Shown: in pieces, positions 44,442-58,975 of the stretch | Numbering within the stretch: position 1 is the first letter of the stretch | Layout of the letters: every line of letters begins with the position of its first letter | NCBI RefSeq assembly: GCF_009914755.1 | Contig: NC_060928.1 | Direction: 5' to 3' (one strand) | Source: the human T2T-CHM13v2.0 reference genome, Homo sapiens | DNA length: 64,000 nt | Position numbers and translations under genes: made by a program | The notes under the pieces: model-generated | Told to the model about the DNA's origin: nothing | Seen by the model: the letters and a program-made list of their open reading frames with translations, nothing else | Database searches by the model: none

Positions 44442-44959
44442 ACCTGAACTTTTTTTGTTACATCCAAAATGGACATTTAACACAAGGTGGAACTTAGTAT
44501 ATAGAATGTTAAGATCCAGACAAACTGGGATGGCCATTTAAAGTAGAGTAACATAAACTTGAGAATTTTGGGGATGCTCAGGTTTACATAGAAGCAGAAA
44601 AACAATCTGGTACTTAAAGAGAATTAAGCAACTATAACAAGAAAAGGAGTGATGAGAGATTGTGGGGAGTAGTAGAGGGATAGAGAAGACATACTGTTTG
44701 ATTATTGAACTTTCTAGTTGCTGGTTGCACTGTCATGTGAAGTCCAGGTGTACCTCCTACCCTTGAGCGAGACACCTTCTTTCAGATTTACCCTCAGTTA
44801 TTTTTATGATGTTGCTGCTTGAACTATTTCAAATGTTTTTACTTGGTTGCAAAAGAACATAGGCTAATATGTGAGAAGCTTTTTAATACTAATAAAGTAT
44901 TTTTTAAATTTAAATGCATATTGAGCGCTATGCTAAAAGCTACACACTTGAATTATCTC

Positions 44960-45520
44960 ACTCTGAGAAAGGTATAAATAACTCAGTCCATTTTACAGAT
45001 GAGGAACTTGACACTCTACAGATGAAGCTACAGGATTTGTCTCTGGGTCTGTCAGACTCCAGAGCCCAAGTTTTAACCATTGAACTCCATTGCCCTTTAA
45101 ACGTTTTAAAGAGAAGGATAGATATTTTCTATTTTATTGTCATCACTGAACAATGAAATGTTCTTAGATGTTACTTAATGAAATGAAAGCAGTATTTTTC
45201 TCATGTAAATGGGTACGAAAGTTACAATCATTACCATTTGGCGAAAATTTTAAAATTAAAAAAAAAGCATGACTTCTTTATTCTTGTGACACCAAGAGAT
45301 GCAATAAAATGTAAGAACTTAAACTTAACTAAAGAGAATGGAGTTCCAGTGCTAGTTTGGGCCATTTGCTTAACATCTATGGGCCTCAATTTCCTTTACT
45401 GCAAGATGGATAATAATGATGTCTATTTGAAGGACTTCCTGAAAAACTTAAATGGCTACATGTATTAAATGAGTATTTTATGTACCAAGCACACAGAATA
45501 TGCACAGTAAATGATAGTTA
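44960..45520. mobile_element. two MIR fragments (~44960-45095 and ~45330-45520)
   Basis: ccattttacagatgaggaac...gactccagagccca; ctatgggcctcaatttcctttactgcaagatggataataat. Confidence 0.65.
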
Positions 45521-45534
45521 TTTTCCCTCTTTCC

Positions 45535-45790
45535 TTTCTTTTTTAATTTTTTATGATTATTATACTTTAAGTTCTGGGGCACATGTGCAGAACATGTAGT
45601 TTTGTTACATAGGTATACACGTGCCATGATGGTTTGCTGCACCCATCAACCCATCACCTACCTTAGGTATTTCTCCTAATGTTATCCCTCCTCTAGTCCC
45701 CCACCCGCAATAGGCCCTGGTGTGTGATGTTCCCTCCCTGTGTCCATGTGTTCTCATTGTTCAACTCCCACTTATGAGTGAGAGCATGCT
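45535..45790 (-). mobile_element. L1PA 3' end, 5'-truncated
   Basis: tattatactttaagttctgggg...ttcaactcccacttatgagtgagagcatg. Confidence 0.9.
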
Positions 45791-46327
45791 TATAGTTCCT
45801 AAATTATTGTGCATATAATTCCTACTCTCCTTGAAATCCAAAGACATTATTTTAATCATCAAATATTAATTAAGTATATGACATTTTAGGTACCAGGGGA
45901 AACATATATTAATTTATATAATCTAAACCTATAATGTAGGTACCATTTGCATTTTATAAAAAAATCTAAGTTTTAAAGTGTTTAAATAGTATTATCTAAG
46001 GTTATTGACTAAGAAGTATAATGTTTGAGTTTAATATACCTTTATAGACCTCCATTTACATCACAAAACTACCATTTACTTGCAGCTATCTTTCATAAAA
46101 AACTATTAAAGGCATATATTAAATGAATTCTTTTTTCCAATTGAAGAATTGATTAGAGCCCAATCAATATGAATAAAAGAATAATATTAGACCAGTGTGG
46201 ATTTGCTTCTGTCATCACATTTTGTTTTATCCATTTTTTTATTCCTTGTAGTATCTATCTATTGACAGCAAAACCTTTTATTACAATTATCAATTTACTT
46301 GTGCAACTTTCTCATAAAATAGGTAAT

Positions 46328-46546
46328 TTTTTTATTTTTAAATATGGGATCCATGGAGGTATATGTAAAGGTTTTTTTAAGTGGGTATATTGCGTGATAT
46401 TGAGCTGGAGGTATAGATGGTCCTGTCACCCAGGCAGTGAGCATAGTACTCAATCAGTAATTTTTCAACCCATTCTTCTCTTCCTCTCCCCACTCTAGTA
46501 ATTCTTATTGTCTATTTAACCCATGTTTATATCCATGTGTAGTCAG
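46328..46546 (-). mobile_element. L1PB/MA 3' end fragment
   Basis: gggtatattgcgtgat...cctgtcacccaggcagtgagcatagtactcaat. Confidence 0.75.
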
Positions 46547-48780
46547 CGTAAAACAGATCTTATAGAATTAAATGTTAGTCAATTTATTTCTAAAGTTGTG
46601 TTTCCCTCCAATATGCTCTTTATAATGCTTATAATTACTGTATAGTTTCTCTAATCTTTAGTTTAATATATATGTTTTATTAACTGTGAACTATTTTCTC
46701 TTCTAATATAATGATCAAAACAATGTTTAACTTTTTCTTGGCAAGAAGAATATTATCCTCAATAAAAGTTCTATAAACGTGGATTTCATTGGGCAGAAAA
46801 ACTGCTTTCATGATACTTTATTGTAGTCCAAAGCATGTTTTCTCAATTACTTCATGACATACATTCAATACTTTATGCAATGATCTGAGAAAAAAGTTAT
46901 GAAGACTTGAACTGAGTGACAGACAGAAGGAGATTAAGGGGGTGCATTTGAGAGCTATTTGAGAGATAAAATCTAATGAGTGACTAGATGAAGAAGTATA
47001 AGAAAGAGGGAGTTGTCACAATGACAAGTTGTTATGTTATTTGACAGGAAGTATAGGAGGAAACACAATTTTTGTTTTGCTTGGTTTTAGTTAAAAATAA
47101 AAAGCTTAATGTAGTTTTGACACATTGGACATACTCTTGCAGTGAATTGAAGGTAACAGTTTAGGGAGCAAGAGGGAGGGCTAAGTAAAAAATTACAGGT
47201 TGAGAATCATTATAAGTTGGGCTAAAATTAAAGCTAATCAATATGAGAGAAGTACAGAGTAAGAACACAAGACAAAAAATTTCAGTGTTTAAAAAATATT
47301 CCTAAATAAAATTTTGCTTCATAGGCAAATAGTAGATATTTTTCTTGCTTAAGACATATATATTCTAACCAATAAGATAGCCTGGTCTTTTGAGATCTCT
47401 AGCATGCACAAACAAGAAGGAATCATAGGCAAATTAAAAAATAGATTTTTAGACTGCTAAATTCAATCACGGTTTTATAATATATTCTGAATGTGTATAA
47501 AGTGAACATTCAATAAGTGTTCATCTCAGTTTTCCATCACTGCATAAAAACAAAACTAACTTATGATTTAAAATGAGACCCATCATTTATTTGAACATGG
47601 TTTTGTAACTAACCAGCACTCAGTGGAGATTGTCTCATGAAATCATGGTCCAGGACTCTTGAGGAGGGCTGGAGAATCCATTTCCAAGATGGTTCCCTCA
47701 CACAGCTAGCAGGTTGGTGCTGGTTACTGACTGGGAATTTAGCTGAGGTCTCAATTGTCTTCCATGTAGGCTTCCTCATGTGCCTACATGATATTGGATT
47801 CTGAAAACAAAAAATAAACATATCTATTTCTCTTAATATATTCTCTGTATTTTATTAGTGAAAACAGCTCAAGGTCCTGTCAAGATTCAAAAAGTAGAAA
47901 CAGAGTTCCCACATTTTTCTGCTGGTAGTAACAAAGAATTTGAGGCCACTCTTAATCATTGTATTCTTCATTCTGTCCATAAATTACTACCAACCCTCAT
48001 ACTTCATCAAATCCTCCCCAAATCTTCAATATTGCATACATTTTGGCACCAAAATCTAGAATTTCATCATTTAAATCAGATTCAGGTGCATATGGCAAGC
48101 TTCAGGTGCTGCAGTTCCTCTAGATTTAAAGATCTGATAACTAAAGGGAAATGTTAGCTACTGCATGCACACGACATGCTATAATGTGTAAAGGTCAGAG
48201 AAACAGAAAATTCAATTCAAAAACAAGAAAAGATGGAGGCATACTTTGATGACTAATCCATAGCTTGAAAAATTGGGGCAAATGCTGTCAGTTCTCAATA
48301 TGGTATAGTCATTCTTCCTGGAAGTGTCTCTTGGTTCTGCTCTTTGGGCTCTTGGTTTATTACTTTGAGTTATGTTGGCTTTTCTATGAGATGTGGTACT
48401 TGAGATTGCAGCTAAGGAGCTTTTCCAATCTGTTTCCTGCTCATAACATATTGGGAGTCCAAAGTTCTCTTCATTGTGAACTGATGCTAAGATTTCAGTG
48501 CAATCCATAATAAATTCTTTAAAAATGAGGCCTCCTGTGTATAAGATTATAATCTATCACATTAAACAAAATCCACAGCTGCTGATTTCTTCAACACAGG
48601 CTGTCTCTACCTTGTTCTCAGAGGTAGGATGATATTAGACGATATCCTTAAGATATGAAACCTGCCATTTAGCAGATAGAGTTTAAGGGATACAACCTGG
48701 TGATTGTTACAGACACTTTTGTTTAGCCAAGAAGGTCTGTACAGCACCTCCTTCAGTCTTCCTGAAGTCTTAACAATAGG

Positions 48781-49127
48781 TGTGGCTTAGTTTGCTTTGT
48801 GCTTCTATACCACACCTGAGACTGATAATAAATAATTAACAGAAAATTATTAGCTTACAATTCTGGAGGCTGGGAAGTCCAATATCGAGGTGTTGGGCTC
48901 TTGCAAAGACCTTCTTGCTGTGTCATCACATGGGAGACGGGAGAAAGGCAAGAGAGAAAAAAGGGCCAAATTCACACTTTTTATAACAGCATTAATCGCA
49001 CCCATGAGAGTGGAGCCCTTATGGCCCAGTTACCTCTTGAAGATCCCATTCCCACTTCTCAACGTTGTTACAATGGCAATTAAATTTCAACGTGAGCTTT
49101 GGAGGACACAAACATTTGGACCATAGC
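48781..49127 (-). mobile_element. MSTD/MLT1A-like LTR
   Basis: ttctggaggctgggaagtccaa...cccatgagagtggagccct...taaatttcaacgtgag...accatagca. Confidence 0.8.
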
Positions 49128-49286
49128 AAGGTGTTAGGCTACACTCTTGAACGTGAGGCCACACATTGAAGACAATACCTTGGATTTGATGCTTGTCCTG
49201 AGCCTATTTCTTACATTGTGAAATTTTGCTGCCTGGAGAGGTTAAGAATGAGAAAACGTTTTATTTCCAAACCCAGTGCATCAGGC

Positions 49287-49605
49287 TTTTTTATTTTTTA
49301 TATTTTATTATTATTATTTTTTTGAGTCAGAGTCTCGCTCTGTCACCCAGCCTAGACTGCAGTGGCACAATCTCAGCTCACCGCAATCTCTGCCTCCTGG
49401 GTTCAAGTGATTCTCCTCCCTCAGCCTCCTGAGTAGCTGGGATTACAGGCATGCGCCACCACACCCAACTAATTTTTGTATTTTTAGTAGAGACCAGGTT
49501 TCTCCATGATGGCCAGGCTGGTCTCAAACTCCTGGCCTCAGGTGACCTGCCTGCTTCAGCCTCCCAAAGTGCTAGGATTACAGACACGAGCCACCATGCC
49601 TGGCC
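49287..49605 (-). mobile_element. AluS
   Basis: Reverse dimer with T-rich tail. Confidence 0.92.
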
Positions 49606-52312
49606 ATTTTTTCATAGTTTCTCTAAATTCTGCTTGATAACTGAACAGTTCTGCTTTTTTTTTTTTTAGCTTATCTCAATTTTCTGGCATTTTACTGTGC
49701 AGTTAAAAGAAGCCAGCTGGCACTTGAAAATTTTTCCCGGACATCTCTTTAATCATGATTTCATTAGGTAGACTTTCTATCTTCCATATTATCACAGATT
49801 ATGATGTTGCTACACCTTCCCCGACCCATAAAAGGAGAACTCCTATAATAATTTCATCACTCTATTTCAAACCTTCATTAAGTGCCTCCTTGAGGCTCTT
49901 CAGGCCTCTGCCCACCTCTCCTCGCAATACCCATTCTAAGGACAGTGCCACAGATTTTGAGTTTGTTTACAGTACCACCACACTTCAGAGTTTTGAATTC
50001 TGTTTTGGTTATCTATTGCTGTATAACCCAAATCAACCAAATTCTTAGATGCTTAAAATACTAACAATCACTTTTTACTTCATAATTTTGCAATTTGTGT
50101 AGACTTGACCAGGACAGCTTATCTGTTCCAAGTAGTGTCGGATGGAGAATTCATTCCCAAGATGGTCCATTCATATGGCAGGCAATTTGGCACTTGCTCT
50201 TCTCTGGGAGAATTAATAATTCTCTGCACTTACTGTTCCCTGTAGTTGCTTGCCTTTCTTCCCAGATTGACTGCTGAGTTTCATGAAGAAGAAAAAAGAA
50301 AGGATCACTTCTTTTAAAGACTAGGGTTGTATCTGGTAATGCATCACTTTTTCCGTGTTCTATTTGTCAAAACAGATTCAAGTGTATGGACAAATAGACT
50401 CACCTCTTTGTGGGGAAAGATAATTAACAGGCTTCTTAAATCCACTACAGTGTTTAAATTAGCGGCAATTCAACATTTCCCGTTACTTCCACTATGTTAC
50501 AGACAAATATATTTTATTTTCAAGCAATATTCCTCATAAGTAGATCCAAAGAGAATAAAATTGGAAATCTGATTTTAAAGAATTTGGCATTTGCTTATGA
50601 ATTCTGTGTAACCCAGCAAAGTCTAGTACATAAGCACTTACTTAAAAATTTTAACATATATGTTTATGCATGATAATTTAAATTCCTATTTGTCATTGAT
50701 TGGTGGAGGGAAGTGATACAATACTGTTCATCTGTGTATTTTGCCCACTGCAACCTAGTAATTTGGTACTCAGGTAAAGCATTTTGTGCCATTCAAAATC
50801 ATATTCATTAAATACTTTTTCAACAGTTTACTGCATAGGAGTTGGGGATTAACTGCCTTTCTGTTAAAAATTCTATATACAAATAGCTTCACATAACTTA
50901 CTTGCACTACTCAAAAAGGATCACTTGTAGAAAAAAGCAATTTTTTTGTATACTATTACGCTTTTCACTTTAGAGGGTTTTTTTCCTCATTCATTGTGGA
51001 GTTTTACAAAACACATCATTATAATAATGCTTAGAAAAATCCTGAGAAAGTTATATTTTATTGTTGGCTAGATTAACTACCATGATTAATGGCAAATTAC
51101 TATTTTAGTAGTGAAGCGTTTTTACAGAACTGTTTATGTGCATGAATGTGCATGCGTTGATTTTAGTAATTTTCAAGGCACTGCCTTGACTTCCCAAACC
51201 TAAAATTACATTTGCTCAAATTGCAGTGAAATGTAATCTCCTTCTCAGTAATTTTAACCAAAGAGACAGCTATTTTATTTCTAAAACCAATTCCCAGCAT
51301 TTCTTATCTCCTTTAGATTATGGATTAATGTTTGCATGATATTATAATCAAAAGTCTTATATGAATAACTCATTTTCTGAAACAGTCAAGACATGTTAAA
51401 GAATTCTCAGAAAAAAAGAATTCTCAAGTTTATTGAAACAAGCTTTTTCTTATAATGTATAGCAAAACAACTGAAACTAAGTGGCTTTTTCTTTATAATC
51501 CTATTTGAGCATTGCAAAATAGTTTAATTTATAAGGACTATTAAAACTTTGATTGAAATTGAAAACTCCTGACTTTACAACATTAACTCACCTGAATGCT
51601 GAAGCAATCTGTGTGTTTCAAAGGTCAATTATCCTGTGTGTCAATTCTTTTTGTGGTAGAAGTAAAAGTTCCATTCTTCTCCTTTAAAATATATGTTGTG
51701 CTTTTTTTCCCACAAACACGTTACTCCAAATTACAACTAAACCTTTTCTCAGAGATCTAATATCATTTTAAGAAACTGAGGTTTCAAACAAAATTTAAGA
51801 ATTTGTTTTTAATAAAGTTTCTGTCATTAGAACTCAAGGTATACTAAGAGCACAAAAATTTCAAATACATTTGATTCTAAGCACTTTACAAATGACAGAA
51901 AATCTTTAGTTTTAATACAGCAATATAAACCTTATTTATTCATAGGAAAAATAACATTTTTGATTAATGTAATGTAATTACATATTAATAGTAGTTGTAG
52001 GCAAATGTACTTTTTACAATCTGAGTATAAATAATAATGAAATCATTTATTATATCTAGTTTTAACTTTTTGTGATTTTATTGTGTATTGCAATTATCTC
52101 TGAGGCTCAAGATGAAAAATGTTTGTCTCTTAAATTTCTTTCAGAAATTGGATTTATCAGAAAAATTAAAAAGCAATTGTTGATAGGACTCTGACAAAAA
52201 ATAAGTAGGAATTTAGAGAGTGGTGATTCTTAATCTTTTTAGGTCATGGATCACTTGAATAACATATGTGTTTATTCAACACATACATAGTGAGTGCTGC
52301 AACCTACCCGAC

Positions 52313-52482
52313 CCTGGGCTGACTTCTTGGGTCTGCAACCCTGGCAGTCACATGTGCTCAGAAGTACCCCACACATGGTTTAATGCTCTGCTGTTGCTGT
52401 CTTGGAATTCTTAATAATTTTTGAACAAGGGATTCCACATTTTCATTTTGCACTAGACCTAGCAAATGTTGTAGCAGGTCCC
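52313..52482 (+). mobile_element. MER91A-like non-autonomous hAT element
   Basis: ggtttaatgctctgctgttgctgtcttggaattcttaataatttttgaacaaggg...cattttcattttgcact matches the recalled MER91A core. Confidence 0.75.
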
Positions 52483-52621
52483 TACCTGGCCCTGGGTTCT
52501 GTAGGAGCGTGAATGTAGAGACTCCCAGTCTACTTGAGGTGAGACATAATAAAGAGGTAGACAAATGAATCTATAATTAAAAATTATAGTGGTTAGCATG
52601 AAAGAAAAAAAATGGGGACAT

Positions 52622-53005
52622 TGTTCTTTTAGTCTGTTTGTCCTGCTATAACAAAATTCCTGAGACTGAGTCATCTATAAACAACAAAAAGGTATTTCTC
52701 ACAGTTTTGGAGGCTGGGAAGTCCAAGAACAAGACACCAACATCTGTTGAAGGCTCTCTTCTGCTTACAAGACCTTGTAAGATGCCTTGTTGCTGCATCC
52801 TTTGGAGAGGATGAATACTGTGCCCTCACAAGACAGAAAGGATGGGAAAAAACAAACCCACACCTCCATAGTTTTGATAAGGGCCCTGCTCTTGTCCATG
52901 AGGGCTCTGAGCTTCTGTCTTAATCATCTCCTAAAGGCTCCATCTCTTAATACTACCATATTGGTGATTAGGTTTCAACACATGAATTTTGGGAGACATT
53001 CATAT
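52622..53005 (-). mobile_element. MLT1A/MSTD-like LTR
   Basis: tagtctgtttgtcctgctataacaaaa...ggaggctgggaagtccaag...ttaggtttcaacacatgaattttggg. Confidence 0.8.
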
Positions 53006-56000
53006 AATAGTAGTTATGAAGACTAAAGAGAAAAATGTTAATTTACTTTAAATTGTTTGCTCTACAATGGTCTATCTAGGGCACTGAAATTTTAGCTAAT
53101 ACCTGAAGGATGAGCAGGAGCTGATCCTGCAATAAGGCAGAGAAAGGGCCTTGCATGCTTAGGAAATACATGGGCAGATGTTTTAAGGCAGGTGTGGTAG
53201 CCTAGCACACCAAACTTCATCCAAGAGTGTTTCAAGAATCCAGGCGGTAAAGTATAGTTGTGGAGCTGGCTTACTTATCACCTAGTAGTCAAAAAGGATT
53301 TCATCACTAGTGGTAGGTGAAGCACAGACAGCAGCTGGCAAACGGCAGCACTCTAATCATTAAAATCCTCACCTGTGGTGAACTGAGACGTTTCACTTGC
53401 AGAAGAGAATGCACTTGATGGAGTAATGAAGGGGGCATTTGAGACATATGGAAGAAAAATAGGATTGGGTAATTACAACTATAACTAAGTGCCATTGATC
53501 TTTTACAAAATAACAACACATAGCTGAGGGAAAAATAAAAGAAGCCAGATTTAAAAGCTACAGGCCCTCTTTATTTACATACATTAAAAATACTCATCTT
53601 TTTTCTTGAGGAGGCAAAGAAAGCTGAGGACCCAGCCCAGGACTTATTAGTAGGTATTATTGAATTTCAAGGCAATTAATCAAAGAAGGACTTTTACACC
53701 AAGGACAGGAGCCTAGTTGGAATAACTGGAAGCTTAACACTTAAGACGCAGACCTCTGTCAGATGACCCCACATTTTTGCTTCCTCACATTCCTCTGATC
53801 ATGGAGATGTGATACAACCCTTCTGATTAAAAGCATGCACACTGTCTTCAAAACTGGAAAACAAGATTTCTCCCATTGAGAATTCCCAAATGTTTCTCTC
53901 ACATAAGTCAATATGGATCCTTCTCAAAACCCATCCCAACTCTCCTAAAGGCCCCAGGTTTATGTTTTAACATAGCCCAAGTGGGACATGCATTGCCAGA
54001 GAAAAGAGAAAAGGAACTATACCCAAAGAAGCTGCAAGACCTAACTGGCATGTTCCAGCAGAGCCAGGAGAGTATGCATGAGACTGGATGCTAAAGGTTC
54101 TTAATCAGCGGGGCAGGGTTATAAAATGAAGGGGGACTCCAGAATTGGATGCAAAGTTACTTCCTAGAAGCATGCGAAAAGTGATGGCTGAAACTGAGGG
54201 AAGACAAAAGGCAGAGTTTTCATGGCATATAATGGAGGAAGGGATTAAAATGCTCAGGGAAGTAGTTTTGCTGGAAAGAATGTAATATGTGCGTAGAAAA
54301 TAACTCTTAAATGATATTTTTCACTGGAAGACCTAAAGGACCCATGATGTACCAAGACCATAAGTAATGTGCTAGTGAGGGGAACATCAGCATTAATAAA
54401 TAGTTCAGTGGTAAATATCCTCCAAAGTTCAGAGCTGATGGTAGAAAGGCTGTTATGGAAGTAGGTTTACTAATATCAAAGAGGGTGATAGGACATTTAA
54501 TAGTAGAGGTCAAGTAGCATTGCTTAAAAGCCAGAAGCCAAGGGTCACATTCATAGTAATGATGATAAATGACTGGAAAGGTTAGAGTGGAAACCACAAG
54601 AACTTGACCTACAGAGAGATATGGAGATGGTTAATAGAATATGTCAGCCCCAAGGGTAAAATATGTGGACCAACAATAATGCCACTACTTAACTTTTACC
54701 AGCAGAAGAAATCAATTGTGGATGATTGAGAAGCAGAGGTTTCAATAAAAAGCTATAACCAGTTTTAAAAACCAAAACCAACTGAAAAACATGGTCAGGT
54801 CCCAAGGAGAAAGAATCTTGCAACATCAAAGAGAATAAATAATGTAGTGAATCCCCAAGGGGATTTTGGCTAACTGCTCAATTACAGGACACTGGGAAAG
54901 AGGAATACCCAATTACTTCAAGTGTCTGAATTGACACTGATATCACGAGACCTAAAGTACAAAAATGGTTTTCTTATTAGATTTGAGAAATGAGGGCCCC
55001 AGATAACACACGATGTCAGGGCTAAGGTCTGATTTACCAAGGCTGCTGTGTTCACAGAGTCCGGCGGTCATTTCCCCCGTAAGGGAATAAGTGAAATTGA
55101 CACATTTGGTTGTTGGTGCACACCTCACATTGGATACATGGTCTGTGGGGAAGATATTATACTATGGAAAGTTAAGAAGAAGTCTCTGAAACTACCAACT
55201 ATCCTTCCTAAGAGTATAAATTTAAAATGATATCATTCTTCAGGAACATGGGGGAAATTAGTGCCACCCGTAAAGATCTGAGGCTCAGGAAAGGCAGATC
55301 TCATCATTTTTGTTTAATTCATTAGGCTAACCCTTGCAAAAATCTAATCTGACAAATCCTATAGATGGTTGTAGGCTATTGCAATCTTGACTAAGTGATA
55401 GCTTGCAAAGGCAAGCTTAAAGCCAGATGAAACATCTGTGCTAGAGAAGATGAATGCAGTCTCAGATACATGATGTATGATTATTGACTTGTGAATGCTG
55501 TCTTTTCTATCTCATTCAGAATAAAGGACTAGAAACAGTTTGTATTCACTCAGAAGAGAAAACAGTACACAATTACAGTTTTGCTTTGGGCCACCTTCTG
55601 ACATAATACAGACCAAAGAGATCTAGATTACCTACCTGGACTTTCCACATTTAATCAAAATGATCCACTTTGTGGATAACAGTATTTTGATTGCAACAGA
55701 TGAGGAAGAAGAAGCTAGTACACTGGAAGTGTTGGTAATTCACATATATTCCAAAGGGTAGGAAATAAAGCCTATGCAGATTCTGTGGCATACCACATCA
55801 GTAAAAGCATTAGGGGTGTGGGATGTCAGAAGCTTACTGGGATATTTTCTCCAAACTAAAAGAAAAATGACTGAATCTTGCACATCCAACCAGGAAGAGA
55901 AAACAGTGCTCTCAGTGATCCTTTTTGGGTTCTAGACATGGCATATTTCATACCTAGGGATATTATTCCAGCCCATAGCATGGGTAACATGACTGCTAAT

Positions 56001-56298
56001 AGGTTTAGTGGGAACCAGAGCAGAAAGCATCTCTACAGCAGCTTCAGGCTACAATGCAATTAGTCCTGTGGTTTGGGGCCTAAGATACAGTAGACCCTAC
56101 GTTGTTGAAGATATCAGTGGTAGAAAAAGGTATCCATATAACATTTGTGGAAAACCCCAAAGAGAGAATTAGATGGCCAGTGTGATTCTGGACAAGGCCA
56201 TGTCATCTGCAGCAGAAAATTACATATCTTTTGACAAATAGCTCCTGGCATGCATCTGAGCTCTAGTAGAAATGGAATGTCTGACAATGGATACTGAC

Positions 56299-56678
56299 TG
56301 ATATGGTTTGGCTGTGTCCCCACTCAAATCTCATCTTGAATTGTCGTTCCCATAATCCCTATGTGTTGTTGGGGGGGTACCCAGTGGGAAGTAATTGAAT
56401 CATGAGGGCAGTTACAACCACCCTGCTGTTCTTGTGTTAGTGAGGGAGTTCTTACGAGATCTGATGGTTTTATAAAGGGCTTTTTCCCCCTTTGCTTGGC
56501 ACTTCTCCTTGCTGCTGCCATGTGAGAAGGATGTGTTTACTTCCCCTTCCAAAATGATTGTAAGTTTCCTGAAGCCTCCCCAGCCATGCTGAACTGTGAG
56601 TCAATTAAACCTCTCTCCTTTATAAATTACCCAGTCTCAGGTATGTCTTTATTAGCAGCGTGAGAATAGACTAACATA
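56299..56678 (+). mobile_element. THE1 solo LTR nested in ERVL pol
   Basis: tgatatggtttggctgtgtcccc...gtcaattaaacctct...ttattagcagcgtgagaatagactaa. Confidence 0.93.
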
Positions 56679-56850
56679 CCAAGTGACCATGAATCCAGAG
56701 CTGCTTTCCATGCATTGGGTCCTGTCAGATGACCAAGACATAATCAGGAAGACCCAGCAACAGTTTAGTTTAAGATGGAAGTAGAACATTCAATGTTGAG
56801 TATAAACAAGACTAGAACACACAGACAAACTGCCTAAGCAAGAAGCCTGA

Positions 56851-56986
56851 GCTGGGTGTGGTGGATCATGCCTGTAATCCCAACTACTCAGGAGGCTGAA
56901 GTTGGAGGATCATTTGAAACTAGGAGTTTGAGACCAGCCTGGGCAACATAGCAAGGTCTTGTCTCTAAAATAATAATAATAATAAA
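56851..56986 (+). mobile_element. Alu monomer (FLAM)
   Basis: Single arm with (TAA)n tail. Flanking repeat cctgagc. Confidence 0.85.
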
Positions 56987-57820
56987 CCCTGAGCCCCTGT
57001 GGAATGAGCCACCATTGTTGCACTGCCTCTACTTCAGTTCATGCCTGAGACTATACAGAGCATCCTCTACCACCAGCTGTAAAAGGATGAAAAGTCCAAG
57101 CTTGTTATATGGATGGGTTGACTTGGCATGTGGGTATAAATAAAAAATGGACAGCAGCTGCACTACAGCTTTGTCTTGAAGGACAATGGCAAAGGAAAAT
57201 CTTCACAACAGGTCAAGCTCTGAGTGGCACACTTGGGCACTGAATAGAGAAGTAGCCCAAGGTTAGAATATATGTGGCAGGCTGGATGATTATTGTGTTA
57301 GTTCACATAATTTTATCAAATGTAAATACAACTTTAAAAATATCATTAATTCTTTAATTTTCTGGCATATTCACCATTTTATGTTAAGAAAAAACTAAAT
57401 TTACTGTGTATATTGGGAATTAAACATTGCAGAACATATATGTAAAATGAGCTTGCAAAATTTAAAAAGAAAATAAATAATTACAAATTCTGAATTTATG
57501 AACTCTCTCAGAATTGAATAAACTCTGAATATGATTGATTTGGCAGGGAGGGAAATCTAGATACAACCATACTTTGCTAGTTACTCCAAATTTATTAACA
57601 TTATCTCTTTGTTATTTTTTAGACATCCAAACATATTATTTCAGTTTTGAATGTCACTAAGTAAAAATTATCCAAAAGTAAAACAAACTTCCAAATCCAC
57701 TGACCACAAAGATTAAAATGATAATATCTCTTGAACACATAACTAACTCCAGGATGGAAAAATGTTTGAATAGTAGTGGATTTCAACTCCTTTTTTATAT
57801 AAAACTATATTCTGAAATAT

Positions 57821-58891
57821 GCATGGGCAAAGACATCATGAAGACACCAAAAGCAATTGCAACAAAATCAAAAATTGACAAATGGGATCTTAATAAGCTT
57901 CTGCACAGCAAAAGAAACTATCAACAGACTTGACAGGCAACCTACAGAATGTGAGAAAATTTTTGTAAACTATGCATCTGACAATGGTCTAATATCCAGC
58001 ATCTATAAAGGAACTTAAACAAATTTACAAGAAAACAAACAAACCCCTTAAAAAGTGAGCAAAGGACATGAATAGACACTTTTCAAAAGAAGACATATGT
58101 GTGGCCAACAATCATATGAAAAAAAGCTCAACATCACTGATCATTAGAGAAATGCAAATCAAAACCACAATGAAATACTATCTCACACCAGTCAGAAGGG
58201 CTATTTTTAAAAAGTTAAAAACAACAGACACCGGCAAGGTTGTAGAGAAAAATTTTCACACTGTTGGTGGGAGTGTGAATTATTTCAGCCATTGTGGAAG
58301 ACAGTGTGGCAATTCCTCAAAGACTTAAGACAGAAATACCATTCTACCCAGCAATCCCATTACTGGGTATATACCCAAATGAATGTAAATCATTCTATTA
58401 TAAAGACACATGCACACATCTGTTCATTGCAGCACTATTCATAACAGCAAAGACATGAAATCAACCTAAATGTGCATCAATGATAGGCTAGATAAAGATA
58501 ATGTGCTACATATATACCATGTAATACCATGCAGCCATAATAAAGAATGAGATCAAATCCTTTGCAGGGACATGGATGGAGCTGGAGGCCATTATGCTTA
58601 GCAAACTAACACAGGAAGAGAAATCCAAATACTGCATGTTCTCACTTAAAAGTGGAAGTTAAATGATGAGAACACATGGGCACCTAGAGAGGAATAATGC
58701 ACACTGGGGCCTACTGGAGGGCAGAGGATGGGAAGAGGGAGAGGATCAGGAAAAATAACTAATGGATACTAGGTTTAATACCTGGGTGATGGAATAATCT
58801 ATACAACAAACCTCCATGATGGGTTTACCTAGGTAACAAATCTGCACGTTATGCAAATGCACCCCGAAACTTAAAATAAAAGTTTAAAAAA
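57821..58891 (+). mobile_element. 5'-truncated L1PA/PB (~1.07 kb, ORF2 C-terminus and 3' UTR)
   Basis: Relics [17 protein letters not shown] and [10 protein letters not shown]...[13 protein letters not shown]. 3' end acttaaaataaaagtt. TSD ctatattctga. Confidence 0.93.
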
Positions 58892-58975
58892 CACCTATAT
58901 TCTGACCAATAATTTTAGGAAAAGATCACTTTTCTTATATACAGACGATATAAAATAATAAACATGAAATTGCAT

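Larger units (their letters stand above)
47520..50450 (-). mobile_element. old MLT1-type MaLR remnant (LTR, internal, LTR) with nested LTR and Alu
   Basis: Two diverged LTR-like blocks sharing ccaagatggt (47520-47960 and 50000-50450) flank MaLR-int-like sequence. Confidence 0.5.
53300..57290 (+). mobile_element. decayed ERVL-class internal region (gag-pro-pol relic)
   Basis: RT relics: attgacttgtgaatgctgtcttttctat (IDLANAFFS-like), KQFVFT..KQYTITVL, HFVDN at the YxDD position followed by DEEEEASTLEVLV. Many stops and frameshifts. Confidence 0.75.

Noticed and set aside
53300-57290. Possible intact or domesticated retroviral gag/pol
   Set aside because: The catalytic YxDD motif is degenerate, frames are broken, and THE1 and FLAM interrupt it.
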